Both the position numbers and the translations under genes were made by a program. A stretch of 53,886 bases of DNA, counting the filler, from Sluysia triapertura (Eukaryota), in NCBI GenBank assembly GCA_046118255.1. It is 4 parts of 4 records of this genome, joined end to end, with 100 filler letters (N's around TTAATTAATTAA, not from the genome) between each part and the next. Parts side by side here need not be neighbours in the genome. Positions count along the whole stretch, not along the records: positions 11,142 to 23,279 come from JBJNIA010135288.1; 3 more parts are not named here. One strand, 5' to 3'. The stretch's first letter is position 1. Every line of letters starts with the position of its first letter. Below, piece by piece: positions 12,586 to 23,279 of this stretch. The notes beneath the pieces are model-generated. The model worked only from the letters and a program-made list of their open reading frames with translations. It ran no database searches and was not told the origin of the DNA.

Positions 12586-12948
12586 GGAACTTTTTAACAT
12601 AGAACTTGACGACTAAAACCTGAAACAGTGTCTTGTTCGAAAATATAAATCACAGATTTCAGGCGGACCCAGAAGATTATATAATTATATTTGCTGAATC
12701 GTATTTCAAGAAGAAATTGCAGCAGTATAATAATCTTTATGCGTGCATGTTTAATTTTATAATATTTTGAAAGTATTTATTATCCATTTATTCAATGTGG
12801 ATAATTTTAGTTTCCACCAGGTTCTTTTCGCCTACTCGCAATTATAAATATTATTATTATTACTAAGGGTTCGCCTGTAATCTTATGATTTGTATCCTAA
12901 CAGAAGACACAGTTACAGGTTTTAGTCCAAAATCTACGCGCAGGGTCC
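12586..12948. mobile_element. MITE with ~60-110 bp imperfect terminal inverted repeats (possibly PIF/Harbinger-type)
   Basis: GACTAAAACCTGAAACAGTGTCTT...AAATCACAGATTTCAGGCGGACCC (12611-12670) matches the reverse complement of 12867-12927 (GACTAAAACCTGTAACTGTGTCTT...AAATCATAAGATTACAGGCGAACCC); outer ends flanked by TAA/TTA. Confidence 0.75.
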
Positions 12949-15012
12949 TTAAATAAATGCTTGTAAATCAGACTGTCTATTAATGCATATTTTTTAAATT
13001 TAAGTGAATTCTAAATGTTTGAATTATGTTCCTTCATAAAATTCAACCTTTTATATTAATCTTTAACACAAAATAAATAAATAACAAACTTAAAATTTAT
13101 TAAATAATACTATAGTGGTTGCTAAAAACTTACTTTTAAACAATACAAGTGAAAATTTTATACTCAAAATATATAGAAAATAAAATAAAATTAAGGTTTT
13201 TCTCCTTAATTATTTTGAATGATTTTAAATGAAAACTGATTGAGCCAGGAGTTATTCTTCGATAATATTATAATATTTTAAGTAAGATTTAAGTTAGACT
13301 ACGTTTATCAATGTCTTTTTGATAAAATGAAAATACTTGCAATTCGATAAATTGAGAGAATATTTTTTATAGAAGAACTGCAACACAATTGACGATGTCG
13401 ACTGTACAGAATTTGTTCGTCAATAAAAATCAAGCCTTTATAATTTTTTTAATTTTTTATATGTGCGGAGTATTGTTATTTATATTTAGTTTTACTACGT
13501 TACAGTGTGATACATAAACGAGAAAATGTAATTAACACATTGAATGCCAAGCTAATTTTATATGTGTTGCACATTTTGATGAAATATTATTTACAACAGA
13601 GCAGTTAATTTTTGTAATCATTTTTGACGCATTTAATTCACTGAGGTCACCGATGACCCCCATGGCATTCAGCGTGTTAATTTGAATTGGTAACCTATTT
13701 TTATTGCCACAAAATATCAAAATAGATCTCTCTTTTAGAAGAGCAAGTGCATTGGTGTTGTTACAGTCATTACTCAAATATCTGTGGCACACAAATTTAG
13801 AATATTTAATTGCAGGAATGATTAAATTTCTAACTTTAATTTACCAAATTGAGATACATATTCTACCTCAGATTAAAATAAACCTACTAAAAATAAAGAG
13901 GGTATTACTATTTCAGAAAATCGCAACTGAACAGTATGAGATCACTTAGTCTGGATTAGGATACTTAATAAAAGTCAATGAGTGGCTTCAGACGGCATTC
14001 ACTTGCATTATTTAACATATAAAACACAATTAGCTTTAAATTACAATAGATTCTGACTGTGACTATGACAAGATTCTGATTATTATTCACTTTCAGACAA
14101 TTATCGAAGAATTTCTCCTTTTCGACACGAATTAAAATAATCAAAATCAGTTAAATTAAGAATGAAGTTCATAAATAATCAACTAAATGTTGCAAAAAAT
14201 AAGACATACATAGCTTTTAATTACTTGCGTTCCAACAGAAAAATTCTCTCTACTTTGTAACTTTGCTTTTCGATAGCTGAAAATAGGACACCCTCAAAAA
14301 ATAATTTTCATATTTTGGAGTGAAAATTAATAATAATACATCATCATTATATTATTTTTCATTCATTATTTCAAATAAACAATTAGTTTAATATTTAAAA
14401 ATTTAATATCGATTCAAACATTCAAACATTTGTTAACAAATACATTATAATACAGTGAACAATCATGTATGAAACAAAATGTAAGCACATTAAATAATCA
14501 ATACAAAACGATTTTCTTTTTACTTACTCAGATTTTTCCGCTTAAATTTAAAATAAAGCACTGAGAATAAAGCAACCAGAATTCCACAGGAATCTTATTA
14601 AAACACGAGACAATGCAACATAAAAGAGTAAATGACAAATTTTCTGCATATACATATGTGTAGCGTAATACTTCAATATTCTTAAAATTAGTTTGCTTAA
14701 ATAAACTTAATCAGATAAGCTTATTATTTTGATGCTGTGAATCCAAGTAAGAGAAAAATTTTTTAAACTTGGTTATCTCAAAAGTCAATCAACTTTGAAT
14801 ACTATGTGATTGTTGAAAAATGTCTTATATATTAGTAACATTTTTCAATATTATTAATTATTATTATATAATTTATTGAAACAAAACACTGGAAAAGATG
14901 GTCAACTGTTTGTATTTTCCGTAAATATTGTAATAATTATACAATTCCAAGTAAATCGTAATGTCGGAATAATGATTGTATAATTGACTATACTAATAGA
15001 ATATTGTTAGAC

Positions 15013-15071
15013 GGGGCTGATAACTCAGTGGTCAGAGCGTCGAACTGCACAGTTGTGAAGCTAGAAGGTCC
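15013..15071 (+). pseudogene. Truncated tRNA-like sequence (possible Cys-GCA; tRNA pseudogene or SINE head)
   Basis: GGGGCTGATAACTCAGTGGTCAGAGCG has a D-arm/A-box, then CTGCA (anticodon GCA) and AGGTC variable-loop-like sequence; no GTTCGA T-loop/B-box and no 3' acceptor strand. Confidence 0.6.
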
Positions 15072-15635
15072 ATTTATTGATGTCTAACAGTAATAAAATA
15101 AAACACAATAGCTTCAGAGATCTGAAAATAAGAAAGATATATCTCAAAATTCACTTAAAATAAGCAAATAAAGAGTGAAGTAGATAATGTTGTGATGAGT
15201 CAATAACACAAAGATAAACGATTTTTCAAGATGGACATGGAAAAATGTAAACCAGTAAACAAACTAATAGCCATTAAATAAATAAATTATAATACAGATA
15301 AACAATGTTACAGAATAAAATTTACTACTTTAGGTAAGTTAAGTTTTGATATATTGGAGTTATCTTGTTGTTTTGATCGAAATTAAGTAGAATTTTATTT
15401 GTTTTTGACGAAATAAAATTTAAATATATATATCCTTTCATACGGTTATTAATATCGTATTCGTTAAATATAAAGATACACGACTATTAGCTAATTTATT
15501 ATTACATGATTTACGAAAATAAATAACACATTGGAGAATAACTAAGAAAATTTTATTAAATTTAAAATTACTAGTGAAGATATTCATCGCTGTACCCTGA
15601 TTAACATCATGTTCCACGGCTTTAAAACGATCATC

Positions 15636-16856
15636 TTAATTTAAATCGTAATATAAATTATATTTTTTAATAAAACAAAATTTTACATATTTCGGTTTTT
15701 GCATGATGACAGTGGTTTTGACTATTCTCCCAATTATATACTTCTGATGCACAATTTTGGATTTAAGAGACGCACGTGTCGTTTTAATATTAATTCCGTA
15801 CTCAATCTTGATATCATTTCGTCCATAATGATAATTCTGAACGTATGTAAGATTCAGTTCTAACGAAGTCACGAGATCACTGTTTGTTAAACATGTCAAA
15901 ATAAGTTCATTGAGTCGTTTAGTATTACGCCAAGTTGTGTGCAACCTCTTGTATCTGTAAAATGGCACGAAGGATATGGGTCCTTGAATTACACCTTGTT
16001 CATAAAACGATATGGTTAATAAAATCATTTCGACACGATCAATATAATGCACTTTTAAATATTCTTCGCCGAAATGAGGAAGTATATTAACTGTAAAATC
16101 ATCATTGCTACTTTTTAATTTTGGTTCAGAAGCGGGAACTTTTTTTATATAGCCTAAATTAATTTCAAAATATATAATTGGTTCATAATGATAAGATGAA
16201 TAAAGCATATAACGCCATTGAAATGAAGTTGTCTGAACAAATAGAATGTCTTTTTCATCATCATTAAGCTTTTTAACTAGATCATCTATTGGTTTCATAG
16301 AAAAACTCGATAGGTATAGTTGTGAGTTAGTAGTACTAGAACGATTATTATAACTAAATTTTATTAGCTGTTCTCTTGTATTGATAAAATAAAAGGATTC
16401 TAATAAGAATAATGGACATAATTGACTTGAAATTGGAATAGTCAAGGTAATCAATTTGATCGGTTCAACGTTGAACTTGTACGTTAACTTCTGAATTGCT
16501 TTATAATTTCCGATTGATAATTCGTTGTGACTACTAAACCTAATATCATTTAATACTAATAGTGATTTATAATCTTTCAAACATTGGTCTACTAAATAAA
16601 TCTTATCATAAGTACAAAGTCTTCTCACGGTGAATAAGCTAACTAAATCATTAAACCAGGATGTTTCATTATAAAATCCGATAAATAAAATATCACAGAA
16701 ATACTGGCCAATTTTCAATGAATTACAAGGATTAAGTGTACTAATTGTTATTGTATTATGATCACATTGGAGGTTAAAATTTCTAACAGTAGTTAGAAAC
16801 ATCGTTGGTAGCGAGTTGATTGTATCAATAGTCTCTGATTTTGGAGTTATCTTCAT
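15636..16856 (-). CDS. Hypothetical protein, 406 aa uninterrupted ORF (orphan gene or large exon)
   Basis: 1221 nt without a stop in very AT-rich DNA is unlikely by chance; normal-complexity protein; no recognised motif. Confidence 0.65.
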   Translation of the reverse strand: MKITPKSETIDTINSLPTMFLTTVRNFNLQCDHNTITISTLNPCNSLKIGQYFCDILFIGFYNETSWFNDLVSLFTVRRLCTYDKIYLVDQCLKDYKSLLVLNDIRFSSHNELSIGNYKAIQKLTYKFNVEPIKLITLTIPISSQLCPLFLLESFYFINTREQLIKFSYNNRSSTTNSQLYLSSFSMKPIDDLVKKLNDDEKDILFVQTTSFQWRYMLYSSYHYEPIIYFEINLGYIKKVPASEPKLKSSNDDFTVNILPHFGEEYLKVHYIDRVEMILLTISFYEQGVIQGPISFVPFYRYKRLHTTWRNTKRLNELILTCLTNSDLVTSLELNLTYVQNYHYGRNDIKIEYGINIKTTRASLKSKIVHQKYIIGRIVKTTVIMQKPKYVKFCFIKKYNLYYDLN

Positions 16857-16943
16857 TCAATTTTATTTTGTTATTGATTTTTTTGTTATGTCTAGCAATT
16901 GTGACTTTTAACATTGATTTTTAGTGTTAGATGATCGGTATTT

Positions 16944-17017
16944 TGTCATTGGTCATCCAACCAGAATTGCTTGTCTGTAAATTTATAAACTTGATTCTGG
17001 TTGGATGGCTAGTAACA
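16944..17017 (+). ncRNA. Pre-miRNA-like stem-loop
   Basis: Perfect 14-bp stem CATCCAACCAGAAT (16954-16967)/ATTCTGGTTGGATG (16994-17007), extended about 10 bp outward with three G-U pairs and one mismatch, plus further pairing inside the loop. Confidence 0.35.
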
Positions 17018-17439
17018 TTGATACAAAATTTGAGTGTAGTAAAATTGTTGCTGTGAATGATTGGCCATCATCAGTGCTGACATAAACGTGACAACAGTAA
17101 TGAACAATGTAAACACTGGTGATAGTAGTAACAATTTTTAATGGTTAACTTATTAAATTAATTGAAATGAATGAGATTTAAAAATAATAATAATAACAAT
17201 AATATTGTTATCATTATTAATGTTATTTTTACTAAGAAAATATTTAAAGAACGCATAAATTTCTTGTTTTCTTAACTTACAAGATTTTACTATTTCTTTC
17301 CTTAATTTCTAAACATATTTTTAATGTATTTTTAAAAAAATCTGAGTGTATCTAAACTGAAAATCTTTGCATAAAGGTTGTTTTAGATAAGTATTACGTA
17401 TATATTTGACATTTTGTACTATGGTATACAGTAAAATGT

Positions 17440-17850
17440 AGAATGTTAAAGTGAATTTCTAGGTGATAACTAATGTTTTTGATTAAAAACGACATTTGAA
17501 CATTGGGAGGTTGTAAACAAGAGATGCATTAAGAAGAGTGTGGTTTGATATATGTGAGAAGATAAATTAAAATATAACTCTTGGTATATTTAAAAGATTA
17601 ATGTGCACTGTTTATTGTTGTTTTTAAGTGATATATTTTGTGCTGTTAGGGATTATGTGACGATAATTGATGAATTTAAAATGTTATAATTGATTCGAAG
17701 ATGTGAAATGAATAATTTCAAATAGGGATATTATTTGATTACTGTGAATGTCGAGTTATATGTTCTTGATGGATTTGTTGATGCAAACTGGTAGTATTGG
17801 ATGTAAATGTGATGTGTAAGCTATAAGGTTTTGAATACAATTTAACTTTG
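17440..17850 (+). mobile_element. Ty1/copia RT-RNase H relic
   Basis: EFLG (~17453), SDIFCAVR (17627-17650; cf. RPDIxFAV) and LDGFVDANW (17765-17791; cf. LxGYxDADW) in the expected order; many stops. Confidence 0.55.
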
Positions 17851-19482
17851 ACAGATGAATTATTCTATGGATTTAATACAGATGATATGTGGATATTAGA
17901 ATGTTAAGGGTTATTTTTATCAAATTTTAAAAATGTTAAGGGTTTTAAAGTTTTTCGTAATACCATCAATTTTACGCCCTCAAATCCAAATGCCGGCGGA
18001 AAATGTCAAATAATTTAAGTAGAAGGTTATGCCTTACTTAAGTAAAGAAAAATTCTCATATACAAAAAACTTTTACTTGTAAAACTCGTTAAAGATAATT
18101 AAGATAAAAGCTTTCGGTTAATAATTGATCTTTATTTTTATTTGAACTCCGATATCGAAGACTTGTTAATAGGTAACAAGGAGATTGCGGTCTTTCGTGA
18201 AAGATGGCCACTTAAGATTCTCAAATACGAAACCGTTAAGATTATCTCGTTTTTCAAGATATTTCTAAGTTACAAAACAGTTAGAGTTATTTCGTCTTTT
18301 AAGATTAGAGTTTTTAAATCACTAATAATTCGTAAATTTTTTGTGATTTTAAACTTCAGTGCTTGACTATTTATAGTTATTTTACTGCTACTCACTTAAA
18401 AGTCAACATATGTTTATTAACTCTTTCATTAAACTGGTTTAAGATGTCATTTATACGTAAGATTTTTATATATTATGTTAATATAATATAATGTAACATA
18501 TAATATAATTTTAAAAACCTTGAAATGCGTTTTAAGATACAATATTGACTAAAGTGCATTTGTTAATTAATTTAAGTGTTTTTGGTGTTCTGCCTACTGA
18601 ATTTTTCTGTCGGTTTTTATATGAAAAATTTCTTATTTAATTTTGGTATATTTTTATTTATTTAACTAATGGAAAATTGTGTTTGTTTTGTTTTTACGTG
18701 CATTTGCTTTCTTTTATAAACCAACCAATTGGGTTTGTCTGTAGTAAATGTCTTAAATTCTAACGGAAGGTACCTTTGTAAGAATTTTTTCTTATTTAAC
18801 GTGGTGTTAAATTACATGTTCTCTTAATTTTTCAACTAATTAATGGGTCTTCTACTCACTTTTCCAAAATGCATAACTTTCAGTTCTTTCTTGTTATGTA
18901 CAAGAAAATAATAATTGCCTTAGCAGTTTATATGTCTTAATCTGTTTCATCTTCTCAATTTTACGGAGTCCTAGTTCTCTGCTTAAGTTATCTTTATATT
19001 TTTTCGACAGTACTGCTAATTTTATTATCGATTATAAATATCAATTATGTTAAAGCAGTTGAAACAGAATGCTCTTATAAAATTTATTGTTAATTATTCA
19101 AAAGGACTAATAAAATTATAAGACAATCACTAGATTCATTAAATAAAACTTATTTACACAAAACCATATCAGCAATATAACTCGAATAGAAAATTAACCC
19201 TTGACATGCGGAATAAATATTAATGTTAAAATTTAATTGCGATTTTGTATTTTCAGATGAATTTCTAAATAATGTTATACAAAAGTTACAGGGCTAGAAC
19301 AATCATTACGAAAATATGAAATCATTATTTAGATGATATCATTTATTTTTGAATTTTGTATCAATAAATTATTTGTTTGGTTTTTATGCTGTAGATTAAA
19401 CATTGATGATCAACGTTAATAGCCTTTATTCTTGAAAATTGAAATGCATAGATTTTTTAAAGATATTTTTTGTTTCACACAG

Positions 19483-20013
19483 AAATTTCTCCATCAGCCA
19501 TGTGAATCTGACCTATACGACGTTCACGCTGTACCCATAACACAGTGTTAGCAATTACTTGTGATTGTCCCAAAAGTAATACTGGTTGCAAATGAGGGAT
19601 CTAAACAAATTCAACAGAATGCTCTAGCGAATTATTTGTTTATTCTATCACTGAACAACTTTAGCAGGATATGCTCAAGTATATGGATAAATGAACCACT
19701 AGTGCATTGAGGAGCCAATTGCATATGAACTAAATAATGTCTTTCTCAAAATTGTCCAAGCGAATGTAATGCTAGAACTTGTCAAGACACTTTCATCTTT
19801 TTTCCTATTTAGTGTAAAATGAAGATAAAGAGATGCATTAGTTACGGGAGCACATTTTTGAAGTTAAACGAGGTTGCCACTCCACACCGAAACCAATTAA
19901 TTCTTTCTTTTGGTGCGTCTTTAAATATGGTTAGAATGGCTGTTGCTGCGCAATATACGTGCAATGAAGGGTATCTTGTTTATAATGAAGAGTTTGAATT
20001 TTGTGGTTTCTGA
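19483..20013 (+). pseudogene. Possible decayed EGF/sushi-type extracellular protein fragments
   Basis: Cys-rich pieces in shifting frames: PCESD, RCTHN...ITCDCPKSNTGCK* (EGF-like), NCPSECNARTC, AQYTCNEGYLVYNEEFEFC (CCP/sushi-like YxCxxGY). Confidence 0.25.
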
Positions 20014-20379
20014 AACGATCGTATTTGATATATTTTGCCTTACACAAAGAAAAAAACGTGCAAATAAAGTCTTAAGTGAGTAGTTGTACGTTAAACAAAA
20101 ATGGCTTATATTGATAATAAGGAACAAGTATATAAAATATTTAAATCAAAATAAACGAATTAAGTATACGAAGATAGAACCATTCATTAGGTCTTACTTG
20201 TTACAGGTTAAAGTACATTTGTTAATTAATTTAATTAAATATTGTTTAATTTAATTATTTAGTTAAATTCAATAGAATGGTTTAAATCGTACTTGAAAGA
20301 AGGCAATTGGTTTTATTGCATAATGTGAAATCGAATGAGGTATATGTAAAACATGGTATAGGGAAATCACGTCAAAATC

Positions 20380-20520
20380 GCAAGCACACTTCATCGCACA
20401 CGTTCATTATACACAGAACGCTAAATAAACTACTTAAATCATTCAAAAACATACATAGACATTGTACATAATTATTATGAGTTGTAGTTATTGTTATTAT
20501 AAATCCATTTGTAATAATAG
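20380..20520 (-). repeat. Dispersed repeat family (related copies ~23555-23625 +, ~32910-33050 +)
   Basis: Reverse complement TATTATTACAAATGGATTTATAATAACAATAACTACAACTCATAATAATTATGTACAATG is nearly identical to 32913-32972. Confidence 0.8.
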
Positions 20521-21359
20521 TGATCCTCTAAATAATAAAATTTATTCTTTTATAATTTGTAAAAAATAGTTATATTAATATTTATGGTAATAATAAATAA
20601 TATCTGTAAATAAAATTTAATAAGTATTTTAATATTGTAAATAAAAAAATTCTTTTTGTATTGTAATTCGAAAAAATAATGTTCGATATATTTTAACATT
20701 TTTATACCGAAACCTTGTAATTAAAATTAACTTACATTTTTATGTCTATTTTATTATATTACTAACAAAACTTTTTATGTTTATTTTATGATTGAACAAT
20801 CTTATAATTAATTTATTGGAATAATTATGTTTATTTTATAATTAATCATCAATCTAATTTTATAATCAAAATTATAAACCTTTTATCTAAATTACAAAGC
20901 TTTATATTGGATATTTGTGATGATATAAAAGGCAAATAAAGAGAGTAAGCTTCACAACATAATACAAGTTAAAAATTTTGAGATAACGAGTTTCCACTTC
21001 TAGTCATTAAGAAAAGACATAATTTGGAAATTTTTTGGTTATTCGATTATTAGTGGTATTAATCTATCGATTTTGTTCGTTAATACAACATTTGGCTTCT
21101 GATTATACGAGATCATTTGATCCTAATTACAAATTGAAAGATATTCGATTTTACCAATTATTCCACAATCGGAACAACTCCAGAGATCATTACAAATATT
21201 CTATTTGATTGTAAATTGTTGTAGTGGTCAACCCCATAAGTTAAGTTTGAAAATAACCTCATTAAAATAATTTCAATCACAATCATACTCTGTAACTATA
21301 ATCACCACACAATTCATCACATAAAACAACAATACACAATCATAACACTTTACTAACTT

Positions 21360-21900
21360 ACATTCACCAACGAAATAATCTCTATCTCAAACATTCACAA
21401 CTCAATAAACCACTACTTTCACTCCAAATAATTCATAACATCCATTCATCAAACACTTCATCAAACAAGTCAGAACCATCACATAAACCTCATAAATCAT
21501 AAACACAATAATATTCAAATCATACTAATAACCATTTTAGAAACAAGACCATTCCACCTAAAATTTTAAGCAACAACAACAGTCTAATTCCGTGTCACAT
21601 AACCATACTCATCATTCATAACCATTTGCAAAAACATTATAGCATGTAAAAAATTATTTCGCAATAATCACAAAAAATCAAATTAACTTCAATCCTTCTT
21701 CACAAGCATTTCAAAACTTAAACCTTCTAACAAACACTTCTAATTATTAAATTCAATGCATAAATCTCGTTTTAAACTATAAATCTTCTCAACAAACTTT
21801 TACAAATTATTGTAACATTCTTTAGCCTCTTGCAACCCAAACTATAACATTTCAATTATAAGCTTAGAATAACTTCAAAGAATTTATTAAACTCACAGTA
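21360..21900 (-). mobile_element. Ty3/gypsy RNase H relic, heavily mutated
   Basis: Minus strand NACEEGLKLI (cf. DASxxGLGAVL), about 100 nt later LCDTEL..VVVA*NFRW (cf. YxxxEKELLAVVWALKKFR), then WML...FGVKVV...CE...DY (cf. RWxLxLxxF...GxxNxxADxLSR). Confidence 0.45.
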
Positions 21901-22165
21901 CATTTTGATCTATCTCTTGCCATTTTCATTCGTATTTTATTTCAATGATTCTGCTATTTTACACTGTGAAGCAGCAACCTCAAACAACATCACATACACT
22001 AACAGTTGTTACTACTTCACAGTCCTCTATCCACATTATTCTTTCTTTATTTTCCTTCTACTTTATATGTCAGAAACAGTTAGAAGAAAAGACAGAAAGA
22101 TCTTGTTTTTTTTGCGGCTTTATAAAGATTTATGCATTAATTCCTAATATTATTTCTCTTATTAC

Positions 22166-22166
<1 letters not shown>

Positions 22167-22220
<54 letters not shown>
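22167..22220. repeat. (ATT)n microsatellite
   Basis: Direct reading. Confidence 0.95.
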
Positions 22221-22222
<2 letters not shown>

Positions 22223-22719
22223 CATTGTTATTATTCTTATTATCACGTCTCATCATACTTTTATTATTATTATTCATTAGTACTATTATTACTATTATTA
22301 TTCATTATTATTACTATGATTAATTACAACACTTTAATAGTGACGTAATAATTATGGTTGTACACAAAGAAAATTAGAAGAGGCAGTTAACAGACACAAA
22401 AATTTTTATTATGTTCAACATTTTTTATTGGCCAAACAAATATAGCCAATACGGTACTAAAAATAGTATAATTACAATTCTGATGAAAATCAAATAATTC
22501 CAATAAAGACACACACAAATAATCCATTATTAATACAACAAACTGTTCAATCAAAATGATGTCATCAAAAAATTAAACACAATTAAAAAATGGAGACAGA
22601 AAAGTAAAAAATAGAATTTTATTGGCACGACAATAACGATTAAAAATATTAAAAAAATTCAGCCATTTTGAAATTACAAAAATTTTAATTGATCTAACAA
22701 TTCTATGGAAAGCCCTTAG

Positions 22720-23279
22720 GTATTAGACGATGATGAGCGTGATCTTAACACATTACCATGTATTAGTAACATAAAGCAGAGTGTAAACAACGTTAGATAT
22801 GAACCTAAAACGTTATCAGTTATTAGTAATATAAAGCAGAATGCAAACGATGTTAGTAATATAAAGCAGAGTATAAACGACGTTAGTAATGAACCTAAAA
22901 CGTTATCAGTCATTAGTAATGTAAAACTGAGTGTAAACGACGTTAGTAGTATAAAGCAGAGCACAAACGATGTTAGTAATATAAAGCAGAGAGTGAACGA
23001 CGTTAGATATGAACTAAGAACTTTATCAGTTATCAGTAATATAAAGCAGAGTGCAAATGATGTTAGTAATATAGATAAGAGTGTAAACGATGTTAGACAT
23101 GAACCTGAAACGTTATCAGTTATTAGCAATGTAAAGCAGAGCACAAACGATGTTAGTAATATAAAGCAGAGTGTAAACGACGTTAGTAATGATCCCAGAA
23201 CGTTATCAGTTATCAGTAATTTCAAGCAGAATACAAACGATGAGGAATATGAACTTAGAGTACTATCATGTATGAACAA
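22720..23279 (+). repeat. 30-bp coding-type minisatellite with higher-order structure; open frame (DVSNIKQSVN / DVRYEPKTLS / VISNIKQSAN)
   Basis: About 18 units of 30 nt in three variants, no indels and no stops from 22720 (after cttag) to the gap. Confidence 0.85.

Noticed and set aside
16949-16970. miR-133 orthologue
   Set aside because: Seed differs (UUGGUCA vs UUGGUCC), internal bases are missing and it lies on the 5' arm
21905-22280. Poly-Ile ORFs (also 28752-29012 and 46347-46595)
   Set aside because: Produced by ATT/AAT microsatellites or alternative frames of the YPEL exon
22716-23279. 187-aa hydrophobic minus-strand ORF
   Set aside because: Antisense shadow of the 30-bp repeat; the + frame has more plausible composition and a possible splice acceptor
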